Assembly: GCA_045863395.1 (NCBI GenBank)
Contig: BTVJ01000041.1
Span: 1 to 64,000, forward strand
Origin: Myxococcales bacterium
Lineage (GTDB): Bacteria; Myxococcota_A; UBA9042; JABWCM01; BTVJ01
Direction: 5' to 3'
Length of the DNA: 64,000 nt
In this document: positions 35,227 to 45,493 of the stretch, piece after piece
Numbering within the stretch: the stretch's first letter is position 1
Layout: every line of letters begins with the position of its first letter
Notes under the pieces: model-generated
Told to the model about the DNA's origin: nothing
Seen by the model: only the letters and a program-made list of their open reading frames with translations
Databases searched by the model: none
Translations under genes and position numbers: made by a program

Positions 35227-36204
35227 TCAGCGGGAAGCGCAGCAGCGGTAGGGGAATTCCGTGGTCTTGGTGCCGGGAGCCATCTGTGACGCGCTGGCGG
35301 CGTAGGAATAGTCGCAGGATCCTCCTCCCCCGATAGCGCCCAATGCTCCTTGGTAGATCTCCTCAGGCTCGCTGAAGAGTACCCTCGCGACGATGTCAGC
35401 ACTCCACTCGGGTGTGAAGCCCACGGTATCCTGAATTTCGTCGACCCAGCCCCGGCCGCACACCTCCATCACCTCGTCGCCACGGCAGAGGCGCAAGCCT
35501 GCCTTGCGGCACGCGCTCAGTGCCTTGTGGCTGTAGTCCGCCGGGCGTAGCGTGGACTCCATGCAGGTCTCCGGGGACACGGCGACCAGGCCCTCGGGGC
35601 ATGGTCGCGGAGCCTTCCATTTCGCATCGAGCTCCCCCTCCAGAGCAATCAGTGTGGCACCTCGAGCGGCGGCATCGCTCTCCAGGGCTTCGACGCGCGC
35701 CTCCAGTGCGTCGATTCGCCCCTGTGCCGCTGCGAGTTCCACAGCCGCGGCTGCCTCTGCGGCCGCCAGCGCCCCCTCCAGGGCCGTCATCCGTGCGTCA
35801 AGGCTCTGGGTCGCGGAGTCAAGGGAGGTCAGCGCACCCTGAACCGTCGCGCCTGGGCCGCTTGCGGCGATCACTTCGGCCCCGGGCGGAGGGGCCTGCT
35901 CCAGCGCCATCACCCGCTCAGGGAGACCGGCCAGCGCCTCCCCGTGGGAGTCCACCTTCTGTGTCAGGCCCACCACCGAGCCCTCCAGCGCGTCCGTCCG
36001 GCCGGCGAGGTCCCCGTTCGCCGCCTGCTGCGCAGCCAGCTCATCCAGCGCACCCTGGACCGTTGCCGACTTCACGCCGGCGGGAGCCACATAGGACACC
36101 TCCGACGCTCGGGTCGCTGTCTCCGGGTCGGAGCACCCGGGCGACACGACGATCACGGCCACCCACGTCGCACGGGTCATCACTCGTCGCATCCTCGCCT
36201 CCAT
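35227..36204 (-). CDS. Lipoprotein with coiled-coil stalk and a C-terminal Cys-containing C-type-lectin/FGE-like domain
   Basis: SPGC lipobox; two ATVQGAL motifs; heptad region; CPEG...C...AC...GLRLC..DE...C...EW...YRCC. Confidence 0.72.
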   Translation of the reverse strand: MEARMRRVMTRATWVAVIVVSPGCSDPETATRASEVSYVAPAGVKSATVQGALDELAAQQAANGDLAGRTDALEGSVVGLTQKVDSHGEALAGLPERVMALEQAPPPGAEVIAASGPGATVQGALTSLDSATQSLDARMTALEGALAAAEAAAAVELAAAQGRIDALEARVEALESDAAARGATLIALEGELDAKWKAPRPCPEGLVAVSPETCMESTLRPADYSHKALSACRKAGLRLCRGDEVMEVCGRGWVDEIQDTVGFTPEWSADIVARVLFSEPEEIYQGALGAIGGGGSCDYSYAASASQMAPGTKTTEFPYRCCASR

Positions 36205-36214
36205 CGCAGCGGCG

Positions 36215-39200
36215 TCACCAGTGGGGAAATGGGACCGCCTCGCCTGGAGACGCGGTCACGGCCACGTCCACCACGAGCGGCACCTGGTTGGCAGTCCATG
36301 GGATCGGCGTGGCGCCATCTGCCTCCACGCTCACGGGCAGCTTGACCGTCTCGCCGGGCGGAGTCCAGATGCGGACCGACGAGGCAAGCGACAGCCACGG
36401 GCGCACGAAGACCTGCTTCGTACAGGTCGCGCAAGGGGGGGTGCCGGTGGCCGGGCAATCGAACCCGCACTTGTCCTGGTAGAAGCAGGTCGCCTTGTCG
36501 GTGAGCGGGTGCGGCGTCGCGCTTGCGCAGCCCTCGCCGTCCGGGCGCACGTAGACGTAGCCAGTCCCGTAAGTGCTCAGCGGCACCGGGTCGAGCAGCG
36601 CGCATGTGCCAGGCCAGGCCGCGAGGAGGTCCAGCCACACGCTGGACGAAGCCGGGATGCTCACTGCGCCGCTCGTTGGTGCTGGCTGCCCGTCGGGAGT
36701 CGTGCGGACCGCCATCGAGAAGGTGGGGCTCGTCAGGACTCTGCTCCAGACTGTCTCCGCGGCCGACAGATCCTGGCACGCGCCGCCTGCGGGAGTCTCG
36801 CCGGCATAGGTCGTCGCCTCGTAGATGCACGCGTCACCCCCACACAATGGGGCGGCGACCAGGGCGGTCTTGGCACCGTAGTGCCGCGCGCCGGAGGCGG
36901 TCGCGTGGAGCTTGCTCAGAGGCCACGAAGGATTCAGGAGCCCCACCTGCAGCGGCATCGGGTACGGGTTCCACAGGCGGAGCTGCCGGAAGCGCGCCGG
37001 GACCGGCGTCGCACGGAACGGCGCGTGGGCCGTGCCACCCGAGATGGAGAGCGCGGGGCCGTCCGCCAGCGTCAGGGGCGCTGACACCGGCTCCATCAGC
37101 AGCGGCGGGGTCACCAACTCCAGGGTGAAGGTCACCTCCAACGCCGCGCTCGCGTTCCCGGCGACGTCTACGGCGCGCACCTGGAGACCGGTGGGAAGCA
37201 ACGTCTTGGAGTCGGGGATCGCTTGGCTCTTCATGAAGAGAGGAGACGCGATGGGCAGAACGGCCCCTCCCATGGGCGCCCAGCCTGCGCCCGGATCCGG
37301 GAGGATCCCGGGCCACAGGAAGCGGTACTGGACGACGAGCGGCGGGGCTCCGGCAGGAGGACCCGCGTCCTGAGCCAGGACTCCCAGGTGCGGTACATTC
37401 TGCCCCTTGAGCGCAGCTCCCGTCCAAAGGTCAATCCCCTGACCCAACCGGTGTGGAAACTTCCGTAGCACGCCGCAGTGGGGCAGGCACAGGTCCTTGA
37501 GCTTGAGGTTGGCGTCCGGCGGGCACTGATAGGCCACGGTGTTCCCATTGGCGACAACATTGCACAGGGCGTCAGGGACGTAGCCCTCATCGCTCCCCCA
37601 CCCCACCACCGGCGGCAGAGTATCCACCATGAGCACCCGCTCGACGACCACGCTCGTGTTCCCCGCCACGTCCACGGCGTATACGGCCACCACGTGGGCT
37701 CCCTGCGCGGCTTGCCCGCCGCCGTCGAGCAGCGAGATCGGGGCCGTCCACGTCCACGCTCCCTTTGCCCCCGCTGCCACCACCTGCGCCGCTCCCACCT
37801 CGCCGTCCACCACCACCCACACCGACGCGACGCCCGAGATGCCGTCCGTAGCCACCCCACCGAGGGTCAGCGTCGCCGTGTTGAACCACACCTTGTCTGG
37901 AGCCGGCGTCGTGATGGAGACCACCGGCGGCTCCAGGTCGGCGGTCACCGTCACCTGCACCGGCTTCGACTCGTTGCCCGCCACGTCCTGGGCCACGACC
38001 TGCACCACCGTCGGCGCGCCGCCCGCCAGCAGCGGGACGACCGCGGACCACGAATCTCCCGTTGGCGTCGCCTCCACCGGGGCCGCGCCCGACGCCGTGA
38101 GCCGCACCAGCGCCACACCGCTGGTGGCGTCGCTCGCCGTGCCGCTCACGGTCACAGACGCCGACGCGAAGAACCCGCCGTCGAGACCGGGCGCCACCCC
38201 GATCTGGGGCGCCACCCGGTCCACGCCGAACGGGCGCTCCACCTCCGACGTGTTCCCGAGCGCATCGGTGCCTTCCACGACCAGCATCCGCACCCCGTCG
38301 GCCACGCCCGTCAGGCTCGCCGTCCACGCCTTGCCGTCGACCTTCGCCGCCACCTCGGCGCCACCCTTGACGCCTACCACCACCCCCGCCACACCGACCC
38401 CCGCGTCCGTGACCACCCCGGAGGCAGCCACCGCGTCCGTGGTCACCCACGCGCCGTAGCCCGGCTCGTCGATCGACACGCTCGGGCCGTTCGGGTCCCA
38501 CAAGACCACCCGCTGCGTTTCACCCACGTTCCCAGCCTCGTCCGTCGCCCGCACCGCCCACGTGTGCTCTCCGGCGTAGGCGTAGTCCGCCTTCGCGCTC
38601 CAGCTCGTGCCGCTCCAGCTCCCCGAGAGCAGCTTGCCGTTCAGCCGCACCTCCAGTGACTTGACCCCCGCCGCCAGGCCCTCGCGCGGCGTCGGATCCG
38701 CCACCGATCCGCTCGCCACGGCCGCGCTCTGCGCCGTCGCGCTCGCCGCTGGCTCGACGAAGGTCACCACGGGCGCCGTGCGGTCCACGTGCAGCACCCG
38801 CGTCAGCTCACCCACGTTCCCCGCCGCATCCACGGCCTCTACCCTCACCTTCACGAGACCGTCCGGCAGCGTGTCCAGGGGCACCAGCGCCGCCACCACC
38901 CGCTCGTCCGGCAGCACGGACAGCGCCACCAGCGAAAGTGGCACCACCTCGCCCTCTCCCGTCGCCGTACCCGTCACGCCAGAGACTCCGCCCACATCCC
39001 ACGCCCGCGCCTTCACGGTCGGCGAGCTCCCCACAATCGTCCCCTCCGCTGGCGTCGGCTCCTCCCACGCGAGCCCCGGGGCCAGCGGGTCGAAGGGGCG
39101 CGGCGCCACGGGCGGGTACAGCGGGCCGTCGTCCAGCGCCAGGTCCTCGTAGAGGCCGCCCGGCGCCAGCAGCGGCGCCTGGTCCAGCTCCGGCGTCAGA

Positions 39201-40192
39201 TCGAAGATGGCGCGCGCCAGCTCCCACCGCGTGGTGTCCACCGTGACCGGCTTGACGCCCTTCACGTTGACTCCCAGCACCGAGCCGTCCGCCGCCGGCG
39301 TCAGACCGTCGAGGACCCCGTCGCCCGCATCCCGCATCAGCGCCGTCACGACGTCGATCACCTTCACGGATGCCTCGGCCTCCACCGACCACCGCGCCGC
39401 GATGCCACGCAGACCGGCGTGTGTCAGCCCAAGCAGGGCCGAGCCCCCCGAGAAGCCCTCGTCCCCGGACATCCACACCTTGGTGTGGTTGAGCAGCCAC
39501 TTGTCTGGCCGCCACAGGTGCTCCTCGAGCCGGCTGCGCGCCATCTTCTCGGCGACCGCCGCGTCCTGGACCGCTCCGACGTACGCCCGCGCCAGACGCG
39601 TCGCCACCGTCGTCCAGGCGTGCAGGTTCAGGTTGTAGACGGGCTCCCCCGCCCGCAGATCAATCACCACGGTCAGGGCGTCGTCCACGTCGAAGGTCTC
39701 CGTCCCCTCCCCCGCCGGGTAGGTCGCCTTGGTCCCCCGCGCCCGCACCTCCACCCACCCACCGGAGGGCACCGCCAGCGCGAAGACTCCGTCAGCGTCC
39801 GTGGTGCCCTCCGCCACCGCCGAGATCGCCTCCAGCTCCTTCCCCAGCGCCCACGCCTCCACGATGGCCCCCACCACCGGTCCCGTCAGCGCAACCCGCC
39901 CGCTCACGGCCACGGCAGGACCCGGCACCCACGCGACGTCGTCAACGATGTCCTGGTGAGAAACCTGGGGGGCCCCATCGACACTCATTGCGTCCGCGTC
40001 ATCAACGACGTCCGCGAGGCCGGCGGCGCCGTCCCCGTCAGAGGTCCCTCCCGAGTCTTCAGCGCCCCGCATCGCGTCACTGGCGCAGGCCCCCACGACG
40101 GCCAGCACCAATACCCAGGTGCCCACACCGTACGCCCCAGGCCGCACGCGCGACTGCACCCGCACGCGGCCTGCCTCGCCTCGCACCGTCAT
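36215..40192 (-). CDS. Large surface lipoprotein with tandem bacterial Ig-like repeats
   Basis: VGAC lipobox; repeated V.A.D.AGN / D..AP.V / SGV..V motifs (5-6 copies); Cys-rich C-terminus; GGAGG RBS. Confidence 0.85.
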   Translation of the reverse strand: MTVRGEAGRVRVQSRVRPGAYGVGTWVLVLAVVGACASDAMRGAEDSGGTSDGDGAAGLADVVDDADAMSVDGAPQVSHQDIVDDVAWVPGPAVAVSGRVALTGPVVGAIVEAWALGKELEAISAVAEGTTDADGVFALAVPSGGWVEVRARGTKATYPAGEGTETFDVDDALTVVIDLRAGEPVYNLNLHAWTTVATRLARAYVGAVQDAAVAEKMARSRLEEHLWRPDKWLLNHTKVWMSGDEGFSGGSALLGLTHAGLRGIAARWSVEAEASVKVIDVVTALMRDAGDGVLDGLTPAADGSVLGVNVKGVKPVTVDTTRWELARAIFDLTPELDQAPLLAPGGLYEDLALDDGPLYPPVAPRPFDPLAPGLAWEEPTPAEGTIVGSSPTVKARAWDVGGVSGVTGTATGEGEVVPLSLVALSVLPDERVVAALVPLDTLPDGLVKVRVEAVDAAGNVGELTRVLHVDRTAPVVTFVEPAASATAQSAAVASGSVADPTPREGLAAGVKSLEVRLNGKLLSGSWSGTSWSAKADYAYAGEHTWAVRATDEAGNVGETQRVVLWDPNGPSVSIDEPGYGAWVTTDAVAASGVVTDAGVGVAGVVVGVKGGAEVAAKVDGKAWTASLTGVADGVRMLVVEGTDALGNTSEVERPFGVDRVAPQIGVAPGLDGGFFASASVTVSGTASDATSGVALVRLTASGAAPVEATPTGDSWSAVVPLLAGGAPTVVQVVAQDVAGNESKPVQVTVTADLEPPVVSITTPAPDKVWFNTATLTLGGVATDGISGVASVWVVVDGEVGAAQVVAAGAKGAWTWTAPISLLDGGGQAAQGAHVVAVYAVDVAGNTSVVVERVLMVDTLPPVVGWGSDEGYVPDALCNVVANGNTVAYQCPPDANLKLKDLCLPHCGVLRKFPHRLGQGIDLWTGAALKGQNVPHLGVLAQDAGPPAGAPPLVVQYRFLWPGILPDPGAGWAPMGGAVLPIASPLFMKSQAIPDSKTLLPTGLQVRAVDVAGNASAALEVTFTLELVTPPLLMEPVSAPLTLADGPALSISGGTAHAPFRATPVPARFRQLRLWNPYPMPLQVGLLNPSWPLSKLHATASGARHYGAKTALVAAPLCGGDACIYEATTYAGETPAGGACQDLSAAETVWSRVLTSPTFSMAVRTTPDGQPAPTSGAVSIPASSSVWLDLLAAWPGTCALLDPVPLSTYGTGYVYVRPDGEGCASATPHPLTDKATCFYQDKCGFDCPATGTPPCATCTKQVFVRPWLSLASSVRIWTPPGETVKLPVSVEADGATPIPWTANQVPLVVDVAVTASPGEAVPFPHW

Positions 40193-40308
40193 TGGACCCT
40201 CCTGCACACACAGGAGTGTCCCCCCAACCGTGCTCTTGCGTCAACCTTGCTGGTGAGTCCTGACCTTGATCGCTCCAACCCTCGCTCCGAGCATCGCGAC
40301 ACCGACCT

Positions 40309-40803
40309 TCAATCCGAGTCGAAGAACCGATGCCACCCCTCCGGGACCCCATTAGGGAGAATCTCCTCCATGCGGTCGCTGGTGGCCATCACATACGAGA
40401 CCTTGGCCGTGCAGCAGAGCTTGTCGCCCTGAAGGAGCTTGCAGCGCACGGTCATCATGCCGTCTCCCTCGGCGGTGAGCTCGCCGACCCCGACGCACTC
40501 CTCGCCAAGCCGGATGCCGCGAATGTAGCTGAGGCTCATGGAGCACGTGACGCCGATGCGGCCTCGCAAACCGACCAGCACCCACCCGGCCAGCTCGTCG
40601 CAGATCAGCGCCTGGAGCCCACCGTGCAGCAGGTCCGGCGGCCCGTCGTGCCCCTTGCCGAGCACGAAGCGGGTCGTCACCCGGTCGCCCTCGCGCCGGA
40701 ACCGGAGCCGCAGCCCCCGCTCGTTGTGCGGGCCGCACCCGAAGCAGGTCTGGGAGGAGCCAAAGGTGTAGGGATCGAGATCGATGACCGGTGTGTCGCT
40801 CAT
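40309..40803 (-). CDS. PaaI family (hot-dog fold) thioesterase
   Basis: CFGCGPHNERGL, HDGPPDLLHGG...CDE. Confidence 0.88.
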   Translation of the reverse strand: MSDTPVIDLDPYTFGSSQTCFGCGPHNERGLRLRFRREGDRVTTRFVLGKGHDGPPDLLHGGLQALICDELAGWVLVGLRGRIGVTCSMSLSYIRGIRLGEECVGVGELTAEGDGMMTVRCKLLQGDKLCCTAKVSYVMATSDRMEEILPNGVPEGWHRFFDSD

Positions 40804-40917
40804 GGCGCCAGTTCGCCACGCCGGGCCTTCCGCTGTCAAGGTCGGGGGCGGCTCCAGAGCCTCTGCGAGGTCGAACGCCGCGCCAGCCAGCGACTGCCGC
40901 GCCAGACTCCCAGCGAC

Positions 40918-42075
40918 TCACGCCCCGCACGCCCTCTGCACCAGGCGCACCCACCAGCTCGCCCCCGCCACCAGGATGTCGTCATTGAAGTCATACCGCG
41001 GGCTGTGCAGCGGGCTGCCACCGACGCCCGCCCCCAGCCAGGCGTAGGCGCCCGGGCGGGCCTCCAACATGCAGGCAAAGTCCTCTGCGCCCATGCTCGC
41101 CTTCAGGCCCTCGTCCACGGCCCCCTCCCCCAGCACGTCCCGCGCCGCGGCCGCAGCGAGTGACGCCTCGGGACCCGTGTTGACGGTGGGGGGGTAGCGG
41201 CGCTCGTAGCGCACCCGAGCCTCGACGCCATGCGCCGCGGCCACGCCGGCCACCACCCGGCGCAGCCCGGACTCCACCTCCTCCCGCACCTCCGGTCGCA
41301 GACTCCGAGCCGACCCTGCGAGCACGACCTGCCCCGGGATGACGTTCCACGTGTCTCCCCCCTGGATGCGCGTCACGGACACCACCGCCGCGTCCAGGGG
41401 GTCCGTCGCGCGGCTCACCACCGTCTGCAGCGCCAGCACCATCTGCGCCGCCGCCACCACCGCGTCCGTCCCCAGGTGGGGCATGGCGCCGTGGCAGCCG
41501 CGGCCCTCGACGGTGATCTCGAAGACGTCGAACGCCGCCATCATGGTGCCCGCACGAACGGCGAAGCGCCCCACCTCCAGGCCCGGCCAGTTGTGGAGCC
41601 CATACACGGCGTCCACCGGAAACCGCTCGAAGAGGCCCTGCTCTACCATGACGCGCCCGCCGCCCTCGTTCTCTTCCGCCGGCTGGAAGATCACGCGCAC
41701 CGTGCCGCGGAAGGAGCGCGCCTCGGCCAGGTGGCGCGCCGCGCCGAGCAGCATGGCGACGTGGCCGTCGTGGCCGCAGGCGTGCATCCGCCCCTCGTAG
41801 GTCGATCGGTGGGAGACCTTGCCCGCCTCCTGGATGGGCAGCGCGTCCATGTCCGCCCGCAGCCCGATGGAGGGGCCCTCTCCCGTGGTCAGCGTGCCGA
41901 CGACCCCCGTGCCGGCGAGTCCCCGGTGCACCGAGTACCCCCAGGACTCGAGCAGCCGCCCCACCGTCTCGGCGGTGCGGTGCTCCTCGAAGGCGGTCTC
42001 CGGGTGGGCGTGCAGGTCCCGGCGCCACGCGACCAGGTCGGCGGCACGGGCAGCGATGGCGTCGTTCACGGGCAT
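40918..42075 (-). CDS. M20D amidohydrolase (hippurate hydrolase-like)
   Basis: RRDLHAHPE, LRADMDALP, MHACGHDGH, FQPAEE, GLHNWP, GAEDF, LHSP.YDFND. Confidence 0.95.
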   Translation of the reverse strand: MPVNDAIAARAADLVAWRRDLHAHPETAFEEHRTAETVGRLLESWGYSVHRGLAGTGVVGTLTTGEGPSIGLRADMDALPIQEAGKVSHRSTYEGRMHACGHDGHVAMLLGAARHLAEARSFRGTVRVIFQPAEENEGGGRVMVEQGLFERFPVDAVYGLHNWPGLEVGRFAVRAGTMMAAFDVFEITVEGRGCHGAMPHLGTDAVVAAAQMVLALQTVVSRATDPLDAAVVSVTRIQGGDTWNVIPGQVVLAGSARSLRPEVREEVESGLRRVVAGVAAAHGVEARVRYERRYPPTVNTGPEASLAAAAARDVLGEGAVDEGLKASMGAEDFACMLEARPGAYAWLGAGVGGSPLHSPRYDFNDDILVAGASWWVRLVQRACGA

Positions 42076-42108
42076 GGGTCCTCCTTGGCGGCAACCAACC
42101 TGCGCGAA

Positions 42109-43302
42109 CTACACCAGTAGCTCCAGCCGCCCGAGCAGGGTCTCCCGCGCGATGACCACCTCGTGCACCTCGTCGGGGCCGTCGGCGATGCGGGCCGCCC
42201 GGGCGTGGCGGTACCAGGCGCTGAACGGCACGTCCTCGGAGTAGCCGAGGCCCCCGTGCATCTGGATGGCGTCGTCGAGCACCTTGCAGAGCACCCGCGC
42301 CACGTGGGTCTTGGCCATGGACGAGTACGCGCGCGCGGCCCGCGGATCCCCCTGCTCCAGCATCCACGCGCAGTGCAGCGTCATCAGGTTGCCCGCGTGG
42401 ATGCCGGTTGCGGCCTCCGCGAACATGCGCTGCACGAGCTGGTGCCGCGCGAGCACCTTGCCGAAGCTCTCGCGGGTGCCCACATACGCGCGGCAGAGCT
42501 CGACCGTCCTGTCGGCAAGACCCAGCCACCGCATGCAGTGCGTGAGCCGCGCGGGGACGAGGCGCGCCTGGGCCAGCCGGAAGCCCTGCCCTACCCCTCC
42601 CAGGACGGCGTCGTCGTCGACGCGCACCCCCTCGAATCGCAGCTCCCCCTCCCGGTGCGCCAATAGCGGCTCGCCCATGCAGGGCACGTCCCGCACGTGC
42701 CGCACCCCGCCGGCGTGGCGGTCCACCAGGAACATGGTGGCGCCCTCCTTCGGGTGGTCGCTGGTGCGCGCCATCACGATGAGGAACGCGGCGTCCCCCG
42801 CCCCCGTCGAGTACCACTTGTGGCCGTCGATGACCCACCCGTCGCCCTCCCTCCGCGCGCGGGTCAGCAGATTGGTGGGGTCGGCGCCCGCCCCCGGCGC
42901 CGGCTCGGTCATGCAGAAGGCGCTGGTGATCTCGCCCCGGCACAGGGGACCGAGCCATCGCTCCCTCTGACCCTCGCTCGCCACGAGGCGCAGCATGTCC
43001 ATGTTGCCCTGGTCCGGCGCGTCGCAGTTGAACACCGCCGCGCCGACGGGCGAGCGGCCCATCTCCCGGAACAGGGCGCACATGCCCATGACGCCCAGGC
43101 CGAGCCCGCCCAGCTCCGGCGGCAGGTGGGGCGTCCAGAGCCCCGCCTGCCGGGCCTCGTCACGCAGCGCCCTGAGGGTCGCGCTCGGCCCGCTTCGGTC
43201 CTCCTCCTGGACGCGCCCCTCGAGAGGGACCACGCGCTCCGCCACGAAGGCGCGCACGCGGCGCCGCAGCTCGCTCAGCTCAGGGGTCAGCAGGAAGTCC
43301 AA
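42109..43302 (-). CDS. Acyl-CoA dehydrogenase (ACAD10/11 / LvaC-type)
   Basis: FNCDAPDQGNM, SAFCMTEP, GHKWYSTG, AQARLVPARLTHCMR, AIQMHGG.G, RIADGPDEVH. Confidence 0.93.
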   Translation of the reverse strand: MDFLLTPELSELRRRVRAFVAERVVPLEGRVQEEDRSGPSATLRALRDEARQAGLWTPHLPPELGGLGLGVMGMCALFREMGRSPVGAAVFNCDAPDQGNMDMLRLVASEGQRERWLGPLCRGEITSAFCMTEPAPGAGADPTNLLTRARREGDGWVIDGHKWYSTGAGDAAFLIVMARTSDHPKEGATMFLVDRHAGGVRHVRDVPCMGEPLLAHREGELRFEGVRVDDDAVLGGVGQGFRLAQARLVPARLTHCMRWLGLADRTVELCRAYVGTRESFGKVLARHQLVQRMFAEAATGIHAGNLMTLHCAWMLEQGDPRAARAYSSMAKTHVARVLCKVLDDAIQMHGGLGYSEDVPFSAWYRHARAARIADGPDEVHEVVIARETLLGRLELLV

Positions 43303-43311
43303 GCGCGCACC

Positions 43312-43704
43312 TCACTCGATGTCGGGGCTCAGGTCGAAGCGCGGGTTGGTCACGGCGAGGCGCTCCCGGAGCGTCGCCACCACGTGATCCCGCACCGCTT
43401 GCGTGTCCTCCCCCTCCCGCACCATCCGCGCAAGGGTCGCCTCCATGGCGCGCATGGCGGCGTGACGCTCCCCGCGGCGAGCGGTTTCGCCCCCATCGCC
43501 CAGGATCCCCACGAGGCGCTCCAACTGCGCCTCGTCCTGGTCGTCCTCCTGCCGCAGCTCCGCGGCGACCATCTGCACCAGGCTCGCGGCGATGGCGACC
43601 CGAAAGCCGAGCGCGGGGTCTACCCCCTTCACGCCAGCCAGGTCCCGGGTCAAGAAGCCCGCCACGGCGTCGAGCAGCGTGGCCATGTCCGGTCGGTCCT
43701 GCAC
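43312..43704 (-). CDS. Small helical protein (DUF6285 / LvaB-like)
   Basis: MQDRPD...LLDAV..FL...F..AIA..L and C-terminal L.V.NP; lies between the phosphotransferase and the ACAD. Confidence 0.72.
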   Translation of the reverse strand: MQDRPDMATLLDAVAGFLTRDLAGVKGVDPALGFRVAIAASLVQMVAAELRQEDDQDEAQLERLVGILGDGGETARRGERHAAMRAMEATLARMVREGEDTQAVRDHVVATLRERLAVTNPRFDLSPDIE

Positions 43705-43705
43705 G

Positions 43706-44689
43706 TCACACCACCCCCATGAGGCGGAGCGCCTCCCACTCCATCTCGCTCGCCCGCCGCGCGATGGCGAGCAGCTCCAGGTCCGAGGACTCCCCACTGA
43801 GATACCGCTCCCCCTGGTACACGCAGCCGGCGGCCCACCGGACGTTGCCCAGGATCTCCCACCACAGCAGGTCACCACCGACCCGCCGCCCGCTCGCCGC
43901 CTCGTAGGCCGCCAGGAACGGCGCGCGCTCCCCGAAGCCCCCCACGGGCTTGCGGAGCACCCCGAAGCGCCAGTCGCGCACGCAGAGCCACGCCAGGTCC
44001 TCCGCGGGGCACCCGAGGTGCGCGAACTCCCAGTCGAGGATGCCGGAGAGGCCCTCAGGGGTGACCAGGAAGTTGCCCGTCCGGAAGTCGCCGTGGACGA
44101 GCGTCACCTCGCGGCTCTCCGGCGGGTGCTCGCCCAGCCACCTCACAGCCAGCTCCAGGGCGGGTCGCGGCGCCATCTCGTCCAGCATGGCACGGACGAA
44201 CGCGAGGGCGCCTGCGACGGGATCCGCCGGCACGGGCAGGACGTCCCCCAGCTCCGATGCGCCGATTGAGTGGACCTGGGCCAGATTCCCGGCGAGCTGC
44301 CACGGGAGAACCGCACGCGCTCCAACCAGCTCGTGGTTTCGCACGATTTTACGACCGATAGCCTCGCCGCTCACCCAATCCATGAAGTACGCGGTCGCCC
44401 CAGGGCGAACCAGGTCCCGCCCGACCCACCTCGCGGCGGGCGTCCTCACCCCTGCGGCCACCGCCGCTCCGATCACCGCCGCCTCCGTCGCCCGGTCGAT
44501 GCTCCCGGGGAGCGGCCGCGCCGTGTCGCTCCGCAGCACGAGGCGCCGGGCCTGTCCGCCGATGAGCGCATCCACACGCAGGTTGTCCTGGCAAGCGCCC
44601 CCAGCGAGGGGGGCGACGGCCGTCACCTCCACGTCCTCCCCCGTCGCAGCCGCCAGGTGCGCGGCGATGCGCTCCCGCAGCTCGCCCAT
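43706..44689 (-). CDS. APH/choline-kinase family phosphotransferase (LvaA-like)
   Basis: LAGGACQ, LVLR, LVHGDFRTGN, ILDWEFAHLG.P.EDLAW..VRDWRFG. Confidence 0.92.
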   Translation of the reverse strand: MGELRERIAAHLAAATGEDVEVTAVAPLAGGACQDNLRVDALIGGQARRLVLRSDTARPLPGSIDRATEAAVIGAAVAAGVRTPAARWVGRDLVRPGATAYFMDWVSGEAIGRKIVRNHELVGARAVLPWQLAGNLAQVHSIGASELGDVLPVPADPVAGALAFVRAMLDEMAPRPALELAVRWLGEHPPESREVTLVHGDFRTGNFLVTPEGLSGILDWEFAHLGCPAEDLAWLCVRDWRFGVLRKPVGGFGERAPFLAAYEAASGRRVGGDLLWWEILGNVRWAAGCVYQGERYLSGESSDLELLAIARRASEMEWEALRLMGVV

Positions 44690-44728
44690 GGTAGTGTGGC
44701 CATCCATCGCCGCAGAGGAGAACCCAAG

Positions 44729-45493
44729 ATGACGGTCCGTGTCGAGCGAAATGGTCCCGTGACCACGGTGATCCTGAGCCGCCCCGAGGTGCGCAACGCC
44801 GTGGACCGCGCGACGGCGGAGCTGCTCGCAGCGGCGTTCCGTGCCTTCGAGGCCGACGAGGCCGCCCGCGTGGCGGTGCTCTGGGGAGAGGGCACCTTCT
44901 GCGCCGGCGCCGACCTCAAGGCGGTGGCCGCGGGCTCGCCAAACAGGGTCGCCCCGGACGGCGACGGGCCCATGGGGCCGACCCGCCTGCGCCTCTCCAA
45001 GCCCGTGATCGCCGCCATCTCCGGGCACGCCGTCGCAGGCGGGCTGGAGCTGGCGCTGTGGTGCGACCTGCGCGTCGCCGAGGACGACGCGGTGCTCGGC
45101 GTGTTCTGCCGGCGCTGGGGCGTGCCCCTCATCGATGGTGGCACCGTCCGCCTGCCCCGGATCGTGGGGCTCGGCCACGCCATGGACCTGATCCTGACCG
45201 GGCGGGCCGTGGGCGCCGGCGAGGCCCTGGCCATGGGGCTGGTCAACCGGGTCGTCCCGTCGGGGCAGGCCCGCCTCGCCGCGGAGGCCCTGGCCGCGAC
45301 CATCGCCGCCTTCCCCCAGGTGTGCCTGCGGGGCGACCGGGCGAGCGCCCTCGAGGAGCATGGGCTCCCTGAGGAGGCGGCCCTCCACAACGAGCTGCAG
45401 CACGGTCTGCGGGCGCTCGCCGCCGAGGCGGCGAGCGGGGCGACGCGATTCGCAGGGGGAGCAGGACGGCACGGCAGCCCCGCCGACTCCTGA
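44729..45493 (+). CDS. Enoyl-CoA hydratase/isomerase (crotonase family)
   Basis: SRPEVRNAVD, FCAGADL, KPVIAAISGHAVAGGLELALWCDLR, GVPLIDGG. Confidence 0.95.
   Translation: MTVRVERNGPVTTVILSRPEVRNAVDRATAELLAAAFRAFEADEAARVAVLWGEGTFCAGADLKAVAAGSPNRVAPDGDGPMGPTRLRLSKPVIAAISGHAVAGGLELALWCDLRVAEDDAVLGVFCRRWGVPLIDGGTVRLPRIVGLGHAMDLILTGRAVGAGEALAMGLVNRVVPSGQARLAAEALAATIAAFPQVCLRGDRASALEEHGLPEEAALHNELQHGLRALAAEAASGATRFAGGAGRHGSPADS

Noticed and set aside
35227..35600. CLec-like C-terminus as a diversity-generating retroelement target
   Set aside because: No reverse transcriptase and no second near-identical template repeat seen in the window.
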